Shown here: positions 48,117 to 58,413 of the stretch, piece after piece
Position numbering within the stretch: position 1 is the stretch's first letter
How the letters are laid out: each line of letters begins with the position of its first letter
Source: Candidatus Woesearchaeota archaeon
GTDB taxonomy: Archaea > Nanobdellota > Nanobdellia > SCGC-AAA011-G17 > JACPNG01
Reading direction: 5' to 3'
Assembly: GCA_016185615.1 (NCBI GenBank)
Contig: JACPNE010000007.1
Location: 1,760-65,759, forward strand
Length of the DNA: 64,000 nt
Made by a program: the position numbers and the translations under genes
The notes under the pieces: generated by a model
What the model was told of the DNA's origin: nothing
The model's database searches: none
What the model saw: only the letters and a program-made list of their open reading frames with translations

Positions 48117-48692
48117 TTAAATTTCTCTTCTATCTATCTCATTATTTACTATGTTAATAACTTGCGAAGAAAAATAATCAACTTTGCCGATACTTATAAG
48201 CTTAATATTAAAATTTTTCAAAATAAATTTTTTCTCTTTTTTATCTATGCCTTCATGATCTCCCAAAACAAATAAAGGATTATCTTTAAACTCAACATTT
48301 CTTATATCCTCTCCATTTCTATCAAGCAAGTATACATCTTTATCGTTATATTCTTTAATCAAATCCCTTATACTTTTCTTTTCTATGAAACATCCAGGAA
48401 ATACCTCTAATTTTTGTCCTTTTTTATATTTGAACAACATTCTTTTTATCAATCCACCAACATCTTTTTTTGATATAGGGATTTCTGGGTCATACAAAAA
48501 CTCTAAATGTTTTGGAGCATCGGGCGGACCGTTTAAAATTAAATGCAGTTTGACGTCCTTTCTTATATTATTAGAAAGGAAAAATGATGCTATTACTGCA
48601 TGACATGCTATATCCAATCTTCCAGCTTTCATTAAATCATCAAAATTGCCAGAAGTTCTTCCCTTTGCTGAATAATAAATAAATTGTCTCAT
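48117..48692 (-). CDS. trmY: tRNA pseudouridine-54 N1-methyltransferase (SPOUT)
   Basis: AGRLDIACH, LILNGPPD.PK, FVLGDHEGI. Confidence 0.88.
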   Translation of the reverse strand: MRQFIYYSAKGRTSGNFDDLMKAGRLDIACHAVIASFFLSNNIRKDVKLHLILNGPPDAPKHLEFLYDPEIPISKKDVGGLIKRMLFKYKKGQKLEVFPGCFIEKKSIRDLIKEYNDKDVYLLDRNGEDIRNVEFKDNPLFVLGDHEGIDKKEKKFILKNFNIKLISIGKVDYFSSQVINIVNNEIDRREI

Positions 48693-48698
48693 ATTAAC

Positions 48699-48771
48699 TG
48701 CTCCCGCCGGGATTTGAACCCGGGTTCTCGCCTCGAGAGGGCGAAGTCCTTGGCCACTAGACTACAGGAGC
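48699..48771 (-). tRNA. tRNA-Glu(CTC)
   Basis: GCTCCTG/CGGGAGC acceptor; TCGCC-CTCTCGA-GGCGA. Confidence 0.95.
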
Positions 48772-48813
48772 CCATACAAAAATCTTTTTGTGAATTTTAT
48801 AAAACTTATGAAA

Positions 48814-48897
48814 TAGCCCCACCTGGATTCGAACCAGGGTTTCAAGGTTTCTCCCATTTCCAGAGCCTCGCGTCCTTGACCGCTAGACTATGGGGCT
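48814..48897 (-). tRNA. tRNA-Gln(CTG) with 11-nt canonical intron (48849-48859)
   Basis: AGCCCCA/TGGGGCT acceptor; CGAGG-CTCTGG-[AAATGGGAGAA]-A-CCTTG. Confidence 0.92.
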
Positions 48898-48951
48898 ATG
48901 ATGAATAAAATCCCATGAACCTTTATAAATTTTAACTAGCAAATTTTCTAT

Positions 48952-49401
48952 ATGAAAATTGATGATATTTTAAAAGAACATAATATCAAATATGAGATTA
49001 CAAAACATGATAGAAAAATAATAAAGTCTGATGATTTAGAAGATAAAAATATCAAGAAAGAAGATGTTTGCAAAACAATAATATTAAAGACGAGAAAAGG
49101 GGAATATTTAGCTGTTTGCCTCAAAGGAGAGGATAGAATTGATACAAAAAAAGTAAGAGAAATTATAGGAAAGAAAGTGGACATTGCTTCTCATCAAAGT
49201 GTTGAAAGTTCTACAGGATTAAAAGTTGGAGAAATCTGTCCATTATTAGTTGATATGCCTATCCTCATAGATAAAAAAGTTTTTGAAAAAGATAAATTAC
49301 ATTTTGGTTCTGGAGATTTACATCATGACTTAGTTATGAACCCAAAAGATTTGGAAAAAGTTATTAAATTCAAGATTGTAGACATTAGAAAAGATGAATA
49401 A
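48952..49401 (+). CDS. YbaK/EbsC-family aminoacyl-tRNA deacylase
   Basis: VCKTII, GLKVGEICP, FGSG pattern. Confidence 0.85.
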   Translation: MKIDDILKEHNIKYEITKHDRKIIKSDDLEDKNIKKEDVCKTIILKTRKGEYLAVCLKGEDRIDTKKVREIIGKKVDIASHQSVESSTGLKVGEICPLLVDMPILIDKKVFEKDKLHFGSGDLHHDLVMNPKDLEKVIKFKIVDIRKDE

Positions 49402-49446
49402 AACACAACATAAAAATTTTTAATAAAGAAAATTCTAAATCTTAAA

Positions 49447-49854
49447 ATGAGAGAACCAAATTCGATGGATGAATGCGTATATCATACAATCAGAATTATA
49501 GGAGAAGGAAGAGTTAGAGTTTGGGTTCTAAGAGAAAATTGCCCTAAATGTAGTAAGGCTTTAATGTCTAAACCTAAAGATCCAAAAACTGGGAAATTTA
49601 AGACAAGAGCTAAAGAATATGTTTGTTCTGAATGTGGTCATACTGAAGACATAGATGAATATGCTGAAAAATTAAATGCTAGTGTACAATATATTTGCCC
49701 TTATTGTAAGAGTAAAGGGGAGTTAGAAGTTCCTTTCAAAAGAAAGAAAACAAATGTTTATGATGAGAACAAAAAAAAAGAAGTTAGAAAAGAGGCTTTA
49801 ATCTTCAAATGCCAGAAATGTAACAAGGAGATTAAGGTTGTCAAATTGAAATAA
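49447..49854 (+). CDS. Multi-zinc-ribbon hypothetical protein
   Basis: CPKC, CSEC, CPYC, CQKC. Confidence 0.8.
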   Translation: MREPNSMDECVYHTIRIIGEGRVRVWVLRENCPKCSKALMSKPKDPKTGKFKTRAKEYVCSECGHTEDIDEYAEKLNASVQYICPYCKSKGELEVPFKRKKTNVYDENKKKEVRKEALIFKCQKCNKEIKVVKLK

Positions 49855-49969
49855 AACAAAAGGTTTATAAATGGTCTTTCTGACATAAATTTTACCCCAA
49901 CTGATCAAAGAGGAAAAATGTATAATCAAATGTAATTTCAGCCGCTGATTCTGTTAGTTAGTTAATAAA

Positions 49970-50923
49970 ATGCCAAACATAAGATCACCTAGGAGAGGAA
50001 GTTTACAGTATTGGCCCAGGAAAAGAGCCAAACGTAGCTATGCTTCTATTAGATCATGGGTTGGACAAAATGAGACAAAGTTATTGGGTTTTGCTGGCTA
50101 TAAAGCCGGAATGACACATATTATTATAAGAGATAATACCAATTCAATAACAAAAGGGGATTTAATTTCACAGCCCGTTACTGTTATCGAATGTCCACCT
50201 TTAAAGCCTCTTTCTTTAAGATTTTACAAAAAAACTCCGACTGGATTAAGATGTGTCTCAGAATTATTTGCCAAAAATTTAGATAAAGAATTAACAAGAA
50301 AAATAAAACTTTCAAAAAAATCAAATGAATCACAAGATTATGATAATATAAAATTAGTTGTTTATACCCAGCCAAAGTTAACAAGTATCGGAAAAAAGAA
50401 ACCAGAAATTTTCGAATTAGGAATTTCTGGGAATAAAGAACAGAAATTAGAATTTGGAAAATCATTATTGAATAAAGAAATAAATATTAATGAAGTGTTT
50501 AAAGAAGGACAATTCTTGGATGTTCATGGAATTACAAAGGGAAAAGGTTTTCAGGGAACAGTTAAGAGATTTGGGGTATCAATAAGACAACATAAATCTG
50601 AAAAAGTTAAGAGGGGAGTAGGGAGCTTAGGACCTTGGACACCAAAAAGAGTTTCATTTAGGGTTCCTATGCCTGGAAAGATGGGATATCATCAAAGGGT
50701 AGAATATAATAAATGGTTATTGAAAATAAGCAATAAAATTGAAGAGATAAATCCCAAAGGTGGATTTTTGCAATATGGCTTGGTTAAAAGTGATTTTATC
50801 TTATTAAATGGTTCAGTTCCTGGATCAAGGAAAAGATTAGTTATTTTAACAGAACCGATGAGAGCAAAGAAACAGTCTCAAAAATCAGAGATAAATTACA
50901 TAAGTTTGGAGTCCAAACAATGA
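49970..50923 (+). CDS. rpl3: 50S ribosomal protein L3
   Basis: PRRGSLQYWPRKR, GYKAGMTH, TKGKGFQG. Confidence 0.97.
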   Translation: MPNIRSPRRGSLQYWPRKRAKRSYASIRSWVGQNETKLLGFAGYKAGMTHIIIRDNTNSITKGDLISQPVTVIECPPLKPLSLRFYKKTPTGLRCVSELFAKNLDKELTRKIKLSKKSNESQDYDNIKLVVYTQPKLTSIGKKKPEIFELGISGNKEQKLEFGKSLLNKEININEVFKEGQFLDVHGITKGKGFQGTVKRFGVSIRQHKSEKVKRGVGSLGPWTPKRVSFRVPMPGKMGYHQRVEYNKWLLKISNKIEEINPKGGFLQYGLVKSDFILLNGSVPGSRKRLVILTEPMRAKKQSQKSEINYISLESKQ

Positions 50924-51723
50924 AAGTAGATGTATTAAATTTAGAAGGAAAGAAAACAAAGACATTAGACTTGCCTATTCAGTTTGATGAAGAGTATAGG
51001 CCAGATTTAATTAAAAGAGCAGTTTTATCAATACAATCTAATAACAGACAACCATATGGCGCTAATGTAAGGGCAGGAAAAGATTACTCAGCTAAATTAT
51101 CAAGAAGAAGAAGAAAGTATAAAACAGCTTATGGAAAAGGGATATCAAGAGTTCCTAGAAAAACAGTGTGGCATAGAGGAACGCAATTTGGTTGGGTAGG
51201 AGCATTATCGCCTGGAACTGTTGGTGGTAGAAGAGCACATCCGCCTAAAGCTGTAAAGGAATGGAGCAAAAAATTAAACATAAAGGAAAGAAGAAAAGCA
51301 ATAAGATCAGCAATAGCCTCAACAATAGATAAGGAATTAGTTAAGAGCAGGGGTCATTTATATAATGATGTTCCAATAATATTTGAGAATAAACTTGAGG
51401 AATTATCAAAGACTAAAGATATTATATTTGTAATGAAAAACATTGGGCTTAGTGATGAATTAAATAGATTAAAAACAAAGAAGATAAGGGTCGGAAAAGG
51501 GAAAAATAGGGGTAGAAAATACAATACAAAAATAGGTCCATTAATTGTTGTTTCAGACAGTTGTAAATTACAAAAAGTTGCTTTGAATATTCAAGGAATT
51601 GATATTGTTAAAGTTAAAAATCTGAATGCTGAATTATTATCTCCTGGAACAAATCCTGGAAGATTAGTAATATGGACAGAAAAAGCAATTGAAAGATTAG
51701 CAAAGGAGAATTTATTTATCTAA
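50920..51723 (+). CDS. rpl4: 50S ribosomal protein L4
   Basis: RPDLIKRAV, GGRRAHPPK, LSPGTNPGRL. Confidence 0.97.
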   Translation: MKVDVLNLEGKKTKTLDLPIQFDEEYRPDLIKRAVLSIQSNNRQPYGANVRAGKDYSAKLSRRRRKYKTAYGKGISRVPRKTVWHRGTQFGWVGALSPGTVGGRRAHPPKAVKEWSKKLNIKERRKAIRSAIASTIDKELVKSRGHLYNDVPIIFENKLEELSKTKDIIFVMKNIGLSDELNRLKTKKIRVGKGKNRGRKYNTKIGPLIVVSDSCKLQKVALNIQGIDIVKVKNLNAELLSPGTNPGRLVIWTEKAIERLAKENLFI

Positions 51724-51725
51724 AA

Positions 51726-51980
51726 ATGTTAGACATAATAAAATATCCATTGGCAACTGAAAAATCAGTTAGATTAATGGAATCAGAAAATAAATTAATA
51801 TTCATAGTAAGCAGAAAAGCAAAAAAACAGGAGATAAAAGAAGCTGCTGAATCATTATTCAATATAAAAGTTAACAAGATTAATACTACAATATTATCAA
51901 CTGGAAAGAAAAAAGCATATTTAACATTGTCAAAGGAAACTCCAGCAGTAGACATAGCAACACAATTAGGATTAATATAA
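51726..51980 (+). CDS. rpl23: 50S ribosomal protein L23
   Basis: YPLATEK, GKKKAYLTL; operon position. Confidence 0.96.
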   Translation: MLDIIKYPLATEKSVRLMESENKLIFIVSRKAKKQEIKEAAESLFNIKVNKINTTILSTGKKKAYLTLSKETPAVDIATQLGLI

Positions 51981-51981
51981 A

Positions 51982-52698
51982 ATGGGAAAGAGACTAATAA
52001 CACAAAGGCGTGGAAAAGGAACTTTCGCTTACAAAGCACATAGCCATCGCTATAAAGGTAGAATTCAGAATATTAAATCAAGAGAGAATATTAAAGGACA
52101 AATAATCAACTTTGTAAAATGCCCAGGTCACACTGCACCCTTAGCCAAAGTTATTTATGAGAATGGAGAAAGAATATTGATGCCTGCTCCAACTAATGTA
52201 AGATTAAATGATAATATATTTGCAGGAGATAATTCCCCAGTCCAAACTGGAAGTATACTAACCTTGAAGAACATTCCTGAAGGTACATTAATTTATAATA
52301 TAGAATCAAGACCTGGAAAATCATCCTTTTGTAGAAGTGCAGGTTCATTTGCTAGGGTTGTATCAAGAACTTCTAATGGGGTATTAATAAAATTCCCATC
52401 TAAGAAAGAAAAATTATTGAATCCAGAATGCAGGGCTACAATTGGAGTAGCAGCTGGCGGTGGAAAAAGAGACAAGCCATTTGTAAAAGCTGGAAAGAGA
52501 TGGCACGTAATGCATGCTAAAGGAAAATTATATCCTAGAACATCTGGAGTTGCAATGAATTCTGTTGATCATCCATTTGGTTCAGGAAGAGGTAGACATG
52601 TTGGTAAATCAAAGATACCTCCAAGAAATGCTCCAGCTGGAAGAAATATTGGACTATTACATGCTAGAAAAACAGGAAGGGGCGGAAAGAAGGGATAA
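51982..52698 (+). CDS. rpl2: 50S ribosomal protein L2
   Basis: [25 protein letters not shown]. Confidence 0.97.
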   Translation: MGKRLITQRRGKGTFAYKAHSHRYKGRIQNIKSRENIKGQIINFVKCPGHTAPLAKVIYENGERILMPAPTNVRLNDNIFAGDNSPVQTGSILTLKNIPEGTLIYNIESRPGKSSFCRSAGSFARVVSRTSNGVLIKFPSKKEKLLNPECRATIGVAAGGGKRDKPFVKAGKRWHVMHAKGKLYPRTSGVAMNSVDHPFGSGRGRHVGKSKIPPRNAPAGRNIGLLHARKTGRGGKKG

Positions 52699-52700
52699 AA

Positions 52701-53096
52701 ATGGCAACTAAATCTACTTACAGAGGAAAAACAATTGAAGAATTACAAAGTATGGATTTTAAAGATTTTTTGAAATTGCTCAATTCACGTCAAAGAAGAT
52801 CATTGAATAGGGGATTAACTGACCCTCAAAAAAAATTATTGGAAAAAATAAAAAAGTATAAAGAGAAAAAAATCGCCAAACCAATTAAGACACATTGTAG
52901 GGATATGATTGTTCTTCCTGATATGGTTGGACTAACAATAAGAATTTACTCCGGAAAAGAGTTTGTTCCTGTAATAATAACTGAGAAGATGATTGGTCAT
53001 TATCTTGGCGAATTCGCTTTAACAAGAAAAATAGTTACACACTCTGCACCAGGTATAGGAGCAACAAGGTCAAGTGCAGCAGTATCTGTCAAATAA
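52701..53096 (+). CDS. rps19: 30S ribosomal protein S19
   Basis: [18 protein letters not shown]. Confidence 0.97.
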   Translation: MATKSTYRGKTIEELQSMDFKDFLKLLNSRQRRSLNRGLTDPQKKLLEKIKKYKEKKIAKPIKTHCRDMIVLPDMVGLTIRIYSGKEFVPVIITEKMIGHYLGEFALTRKIVTHSAPGIGATRSSAAVSVK

Positions 53097-53098
53097 AA

Positions 53099-53503
53099 AT
53101 GGAAAAAATAAGCAAAGCAATAGGAAGGGACTTACCAATCTCAACAAAACAATCAATTGAGATATGCAATTATATTAGGGGAAAGTCCGTTAAGAGGTCA
53201 AAGACAATATTACAAAAGACTATTGAAAAGAATATGGCAATTCCATTCAGAAAATTCAATAAAGATATGGGTCATAAAAGGGGAAATATTGCAGCAGGGA
53301 GATATCCAATCAAATCATGCTCAAACATATTGAAAATATTAAACTCAGCAGAGAGCAATGCAATAAACAAAGGACTTAATGCAAATAACTTGTTTGTCAA
53401 AAATGCTATACCAAACAGGGCATCAAGACCATATCATAGTGGAAGAAAAATAAGAAGAAAAATGAAAAGAACACATATAGAAATAATTTTAGAGGAAAGA
53501 TGA
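53099..53503 (+). CDS. rpl22: 50S ribosomal protein L22
   Basis: ISTKQSIEIC, GRYPIK, THIEIIL. Confidence 0.96.
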   Translation: MEKISKAIGRDLPISTKQSIEICNYIRGKSVKRSKTILQKTIEKNMAIPFRKFNKDMGHKRGNIAAGRYPIKSCSNILKILNSAESNAINKGLNANNLFVKNAIPNRASRPYHSGRKIRRKMKRTHIEIILEER

Positions 53504-54228
53504 TAGAGAGAAAATTCACAAATCAAAAAATTAAGGAATTACAAGTAAGATCGTATATCTTATCACAACTAATGAGAATTGGATGCAGCAAAATCGAAAT
53601 AAAAAGAACACCATTAGGAGAAAGGATTGTTGTTTATACATCAAGACCTGGATTGATTGTTGGAAGGAAGGGAGAGAACATTTCCAGATTAACTAATGCA
53701 CTTAAAAGCAGATTTAAGATGGAAAATCCCCAAATAGAGGTTGGAGAAATAGAAAATCCGGATTTAGATCCTTATTCAGTAGCAGACAAAATAACTTATA
53801 CATTAGAAAAATTTGGTCCAAAGAGATTCAAATTTATAGGATATGACTCATTATCAAAAATAATGAAAGCAGGAGCAATGGGTGCAGAGATTGTCATTGG
53901 TGGAGCAGGAGTTCCAGGAGCAAGAGCAAAATCATGGAGATTTTCAGCAGGTTATCTAAAAAAATCAGGAGATGTATCAGATAACCAAATCTTGAAAGCC
54001 CAGACAGTTGCAAAATTAAAAAGAGCAACAGTCGGAATAAAAGTTAGTATCATGCCACCAGACTTAAAGCTTCCTGACAGAATTGAATTCAAAGAAGCCG
54101 ATATGAAAGTTGAAGTTGTAGAAGAAATTCCTAAAGAAGAAAAGAAAGAAAAAAAGACAAAGAAAGAAAATAAAACAACCAAGGAAAGAAAACCGGCGAG
54201 AAAACCAAGGAAAAAAGAAGAAAAATAA
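53500..54228 (+). CDS. rps3: 30S ribosomal protein S3
   Basis: RPGLIVGRKG KH domain, GAMGAEI; Lys-rich tail. Confidence 0.97.
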   Translation: MIERKFTNQKIKELQVRSYILSQLMRIGCSKIEIKRTPLGERIVVYTSRPGLIVGRKGENISRLTNALKSRFKMENPQIEVGEIENPDLDPYSVADKITYTLEKFGPKRFKFIGYDSLSKIMKAGAMGAEIVIGGAGVPGARAKSWRFSAGYLKKSGDVSDNQILKAQTVAKLKRATVGIKVSIMPPDLKLPDRIEFKEADMKVEVVEEIPKEEKKEKKTKKENKTTKERKPARKPRKKEEK

Positions 54229-54229
54229 A

Positions 54230-54448
54230 ATGGCAATAATTAGAAGGAAAGAATTGAAGAACATGAATGAAGGTCAAATTAACCAGAAGTTAAATGACTT
54301 AAAAAAAGAATTAATGAGAATTAATACTCAAAAATCTACTGGAACAAATATTGAAAATCCAGGCAGAGTCAAAGAACTAAAAAGAACAATTGCAAAATTA
54401 CTAACAAGACTTAATGAAAGTCTTGAGGGGGTAAAGCAAAAGACATGA
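54230..54448 (+). CDS. rpl29: 50S ribosomal protein L29
   Basis: NPGRVKELKRTIAKLLT. Confidence 0.95.
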   Translation: MAIIRRKELKNMNEGQINQKLNDLKKELMRINTQKSTGTNIENPGRVKELKRTIAKLLTRLNESLEGVKQKT

Positions 54449-54756
54449 ACGACATAGATCCGATAACTGGGCTTCCAAAGGAATTAGGTATTTGGGAGGA
54501 ATTAGTTAAAGAAGAGCAAAGGATAAAGATAAAGACAGTCAAAAGAAAGTTTGGAAAATTAATAACTTTAATCGAAGGATTAAATAAAAAAGACGTCAAC
54601 ATAAAAGAAATTGCAAAAAAACTAAAATCCAAACTTGCTTGTGGCGGAACAGCAAAAGATGAAGTAATTGAATTGCAAGGAGACCATGCGAAGAAAGCCA
54701 AAGAAGAGCTGATTAAGATGGGCTTTGCAGAATCCACAATTCAGTTAGAGAGATAA
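54445..54756 (+). CDS. Translation initiation factor SUI1 (aIF-1)
   Basis: LKSKLACGGT...IELQGDH. Confidence 0.96.
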   Translation: MNDIDPITGLPKELGIWEELVKEEQRIKIKTVKRKFGKLITLIEGLNKKDVNIKEIAKKLKSKLACGGTAKDEVIELQGDHAKKAKEELIKMGFAESTIQLER

Positions 54757-54757
54757 A

Positions 54758-55027
54758 ATGGGTTTAAAGGATGCTGTAAGACACGAGCTAATCGGAAATA
54801 AAGTAGAGATTACAGATTCAAAAAACAAATCATTAATCGGACTCAGTGGAAAAGTAATAGATGAAACCAGAAATACATTAACATTGGAAACAAAAGACAA
54901 AATAAAAAAAGTAATAAAATCACAGGTCAAATTCAAAATGAAATGCAACGATAAAATGATAGAAATTGATGGTAAATTAATAGTTAGTAGACCAGAAGAT
55001 AGAATAAAGAGAATAAGGAAAATATGA
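54758..55027 (+). CDS. rnp1: RNase P protein component 1 (Rpp29/Pop4)
   Basis: HELIG, GKVIDETRNTL, RPEDRIK. Confidence 0.95.
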   Translation: MGLKDAVRHELIGNKVEITDSKNKSLIGLSGKVIDETRNTLTLETKDKIKKVIKSQVKFKMKCNDKMIEIDGKLIVSRPEDRIKRIRKI

Positions 55028-55326
55028 AAGAAGAAAAATTGTTAATCACAAAGAAAGGTAAGCCCCTGTCATTAAGGGGAAGAACATTTACAGGAAGAGT
55101 TACGAAAATGAGCAGCCAAAAAACAGTTACTGTAGAATGGTCTAGGTTATTTTATCTTCATAAATATGAAAGATTTGAAAAAAGAAGGAGCAGAGTTAAG
55201 GCACACAAACCCGACTGGATTAATGTCAATGTAGGATCTATGGTCAAGATTATGGAAACAAGGCCAATATCAAAAACAAAGAATTTTGTCATATTGGAGG
55301 TATTAGATGAAGGCAGTAAAAGCTAA
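55024..55326 (+). CDS. rps17: 30S ribosomal protein S17
   Basis: LRGRTFTGRV, YERFEKR, ETRPISKTK. Confidence 0.96.
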   Translation: MKEEKLLITKKGKPLSLRGRTFTGRVTKMSSQKTVTVEWSRLFYLHKYERFEKRRSRVKAHKPDWINVNVGSMVKIMETRPISKTKNFVILEVLDEGSKS

Positions 55327-55708
55327 GCTTACTAGGGGAATTCCCGTAGGGGCAAATCTTGTAGTATGCGATAATTCGGGAGCTAAAATAGTTAGAATAT
55401 TTACAGTTGTAGGATATAAATCAGTAAAGCGTAGATTATCCAGTGCCAGCGTCGGAGACTTAGTAATGGGCTCTGTTAAAGAAGGCAGACCAGACATCAG
55501 AAAGCAAGTAGTGTTTGGAATAGTTGTAAGACAAAAAAAAGAATATAGAAGACCAAATGGAGAAAGAATAAAGTTTGAGGATAATGCATTAATTGTGCTA
55601 AAGGATAATAAAGGAAATCCAAGAGGCACTATGATAAAAGGCCCAATCGCAAAAGAAGCTGTAGACAGATGGGCAAATATAGGTAAAATCGCAAGTATTG
55701 TAATATAA
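55307..55708 (+). CDS. rpl14: 50S ribosomal protein L14
   Basis: CDNSGAK, FEDNA, GPIAKEA. Confidence 0.97.
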   Translation: MKAVKAKLTRGIPVGANLVVCDNSGAKIVRIFTVVGYKSVKRRLSSASVGDLVMGSVKEGRPDIRKQVVFGIVVRQKKEYRRPNGERIKFEDNALIVLKDNKGNPRGTMIKGPIAKEAVDRWANIGKIASIVI

Positions 55709-55709
55709 A

Positions 55710-56093
55710 ATGAAATCATGGGTTAATTCGTGGAAAAGTAGTATCAAACCAAGTAAACAACGTAAATATAGATACAATGCTCCTTTGCATATAAAAGGGA
55801 AATTGTTATCTGTAAACTTATCTAAAGACTTAAGAAAAAAGCACAAAGTTAGGAATTTAAGGATAAGAAAAGGAGACAAAGTTAAAGTTTTAAGAGGACA
55901 ATTCAAAAAGAAATCAGGAGTAATAAATAAAGTTGATTTAAGAAAATCAAAAGTTTATGTTGATGGAATTGAGAACATAAGGAAAGATGGAACAAAAACA
56001 TTCTATCCGATTGAACCATCAAATCTTCAAATTATAGAATTAAATTTAGATGATAAAAAAAGAAAATTAGGAGTAAAAAATGCCTCATCTTAA
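55710..56093 (+). CDS. rpl24: 50S ribosomal protein L24
   Basis: PSKQRKYRYNAPLH, RKGDKVKVLRG. Confidence 0.96.
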   Translation: MKSWVNSWKSSIKPSKQRKYRYNAPLHIKGKLLSVNLSKDLRKKHKVRNLRIRKGDKVKVLRGQFKKKSGVINKVDLRKSKVYVDGIENIRKDGTKTFYPIEPSNLQIIELNLDDKKRKLGVKNASS

Positions 56094-56763
56094 AACATTA
56101 AATGCGCCAAAGATATGGCCCGTCAAGAGAAAATCATCGAAATTTGTAGCTAAGGCTAGACCTGGCCCGCATCCAATCTCAAGAGGAATAACATTAAATT
56201 TGCTACTAAAAGAAGTATTGAATTATGCTAGAACTACAAGAGAAGTAAAAAAAATACTAAATGAAAAGCAGATAATAGTTGACAAAGTTATTAGAAAGGA
56301 TCATAAGTTCCCCGTTGGAATAATGGATGTTATAGACATTCCAAAAATGAATCAGCATTACAGGCTTTTGATAAATGAAAAAAATAAATTGGTTGCTAAT
56401 GAAATTAAAAAAGAAAATTCAAATCTTAAACCATTAAAGATAACTGGTAAAAGAATGTTAAAGAAAAATAAAACCCAGATTAATTTCTTTGACGGCAAGA
56501 GCATGATCATTGATGGAAGTAGTTACAAGGTTGGAGATACATTAGTCTATAATTTGGAAAAAAAGAAAATTGAATCACATCTAAAATTAGGCAACAAATC
56601 AAGAGTTTATATTATTGAGGGCAAATATCAAGGAAGGATAGGTGAAATAGAAAATATCAAGAAAGAGACAAAGGATGATAGAATCGTTATCAAAGATAAA
56701 CAAGGAAACTTTGAAACATTAAAAAAATATGCCTTTGTAATAGACGAAAATGTCATCAGATAA
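56080..56763 (+). CDS. rps4e: 30S ribosomal protein S4e
   Basis: HLKTLNAPKIWP, PGPH, FPVGIMDVI. Confidence 0.96.
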   Translation: MPHLKTLNAPKIWPVKRKSSKFVAKARPGPHPISRGITLNLLLKEVLNYARTTREVKKILNEKQIIVDKVIRKDHKFPVGIMDVIDIPKMNQHYRLLINEKNKLVANEIKKENSNLKPLKITGKRMLKKNKTQINFFDGKSMIIDGSSYKVGDTLVYNLEKKKIESHLKLGNKSRVYIIEGKYQGRIGEIENIKKETKDDRIVIKDKQGNFETLKKYAFVIDENVIR

Positions 56764-57265
56764 AATGAAAGAAATCAAATTGGATAAAGTAACTTTGAAT
56801 ATAGGAACAGGAGAACCAGGAGATAGATTAGATAAAGCTATGAAATTATTGCGTAATATGACTGGGATGAAACCAGTATCAACCAAAACACAAAAGAGAA
56901 TACCTACCTGGAAGATAAGGCCTGGATTGCAGATTGGATGCAGAGTTACTTTAAGGAAAGAAAAAGCAAGAGAAATGTTAAACAGGTTGCTTTTATCAAT
57001 GGATAATAAGATAGATGCAAGGAAATTTGACAGTAATGGAAACTTTTCATTTGGAATAAAAGAATATTTGGATATTCCGGGAGTAAAGTATGATCCCGAG
57101 ATAGGAATTATAGGATTAGAGGCAGCAGTAACACTTAAAAGACCCGGATTTAGGATAAAAAGTCGTAGATTAAGACCAAAAAAGGTTCATAAGAGTCATC
57201 TAATAACAAAAGATGAAGCAATAGAATTCATAAAAAAGGAATTTAAAACGGAGATTGTACAATGA
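56750..57265 (+). CDS. rpl5: 50S ribosomal protein L5
   Basis: KVTLNIG, IGCRVTLR, GNFSFGI, YDPEIGIIG. Confidence 0.97.
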   Translation: MSSDKMKEIKLDKVTLNIGTGEPGDRLDKAMKLLRNMTGMKPVSTKTQKRIPTWKIRPGLQIGCRVTLRKEKAREMLNRLLLSMDNKIDARKFDSNGNFSFGIKEYLDIPGVKYDPEIGIIGLEAAVTLKRPGFRIKSRRLRPKKVHKSHLITKDEAIEFIKKEFKTEIVQ

Positions 57266-57492
57266 CAACAAGTTCACATACAAAGATGTTGAAACAGCTT
57301 AAGAATAAGCCAGCAATACTTAAGAAATTTATAAAGCATAATACCCCAAAACCAAGAAGCCATGGCAGAAATACCAAGCATTGTAAATTATGCGGTACAA
57401 CAAGGGGAATGATAAGTAGCTACGGTTTGGATATTTGTAGAAGATGTTTTAGATTAAATGCAAAAAACTTAGGGTTTAGGAAGTATCACTAA
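57262..57492 (+). CDS. rps14: 30S ribosomal protein S14 (zinc type, N-terminally extended)
   Basis: CKLCG...ICRRCFR...GFRKY. Confidence 0.93.
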   Translation: MTTSSHTKMLKQLKNKPAILKKFIKHNTPKPRSHGRNTKHCKLCGTTRGMISSYGLDICRRCFRLNAKNLGFRKYH

Positions 57493-57493
57493 A

Positions 57494-57883
57494 ATGATGA
57501 ATGACACATTAGCGTCTGCATTATCTGCTATAGGAAATGCTGAGAAAATTGGAAAACCAATCTGTATAGTAAAACCGATGTCAAAAATGCTTAAAGGAGT
57601 ATTAGAAATAATGAAGAACAATCATTACATAGGGGATTATAATATTATCGAGGATGGTAAAGGCAAAATTGTTGAGATTAACCTTCTTGGAAACATAAAC
57701 AAGGTTGGTGTTATAAAACCAAGATTCTCTGTAACGAAGAAGGAATTTGAAAAATTTGAGAAAAGGTTCCTTCCAGCAAAGGATTTTGGACTAATAATAG
57801 TCTCAACCTCAACAGGTATGATGACACACATAGAAGCTAAAAAGAAAAATGTGGGAGGAAGATTAATTTCATTTGTTTACTAA
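57494..57883 (+). CDS. rps8: 30S ribosomal protein S8
   Basis: IKPRF, FLPAKDFG, STSTGMMTH. Confidence 0.97.
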   Translation: MMNDTLASALSAIGNAEKIGKPICIVKPMSKMLKGVLEIMKNNHYIGDYNIIEDGKGKIVEINLLGNINKVGVIKPRFSVTKKEFEKFEKRFLPAKDFGLIIVSTSTGMMTHIEAKKKNVGGRLISFVY

Positions 57884-57885
57884 AA

Positions 57886-58413
57886 ATGATAGATGTTAAT
57901 GAAGAGATACAATTGATGGATGGAGTTAATGTGGAAATCTCCAACAGCGTAGTTAAAGTAGAGGGATCTCAAGGGAAATTAGAGAAAAGATTTGCTTTTC
58001 CAAATATAGAATTAAAGAAACAAGATAAAAAAATACAATTAGTTTCAAAAAATGCCTCTAAAAGAGAGAAAAGAATGATTAATACATTTAAAGCGCACAT
58101 AAAAAATATGATTAAAGGAACACTTGAAGGATTTGAATATAAATTAAAAATATGTTCAAGCCACTTTCCAATGAATGTAACTGTAGACAAAAATTATGTT
58201 ACAATAAAAAATTTCCTTGGAGAAAAAGTTCCAAGAAAAGCCAGAATATTAGAGAATGTTAATGTTAAAGTTGAAGGCAGTGATGTAATAGTTACGGGAA
58301 TTGAATTAGAAAAAGTTAGCCAGACAGCAGCCAATATAGAATCGGCTTGCAGGGTAACAAATAGAGACAGAAGAATATTCCAGGACGGTATATACATATA
58401 TGAAAAGAAATAA
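57886..58413 (+). CDS. rpl6: 50S ribosomal protein L6
   Basis: HFPMNV, NFLGEKVPR, DRRIFQDGIY. Confidence 0.97.
   Translation: MIDVNEEIQLMDGVNVEISNSVVKVEGSQGKLEKRFAFPNIELKKQDKKIQLVSKNASKREKRMINTFKAHIKNMIKGTLEGFEYKLKICSSHFPMNVTVDKNYVTIKNFLGEKVPRKARILENVNVKVEGSDVIVTGIELEKVSQTAANIESACRVTNRDRRIFQDGIYIYEKK

Noticed and set aside
48684-48908. 74-aa ORF on the plus strand
   Set aside because: Entirely antisense to tRNA-Glu and tRNA-Gln.
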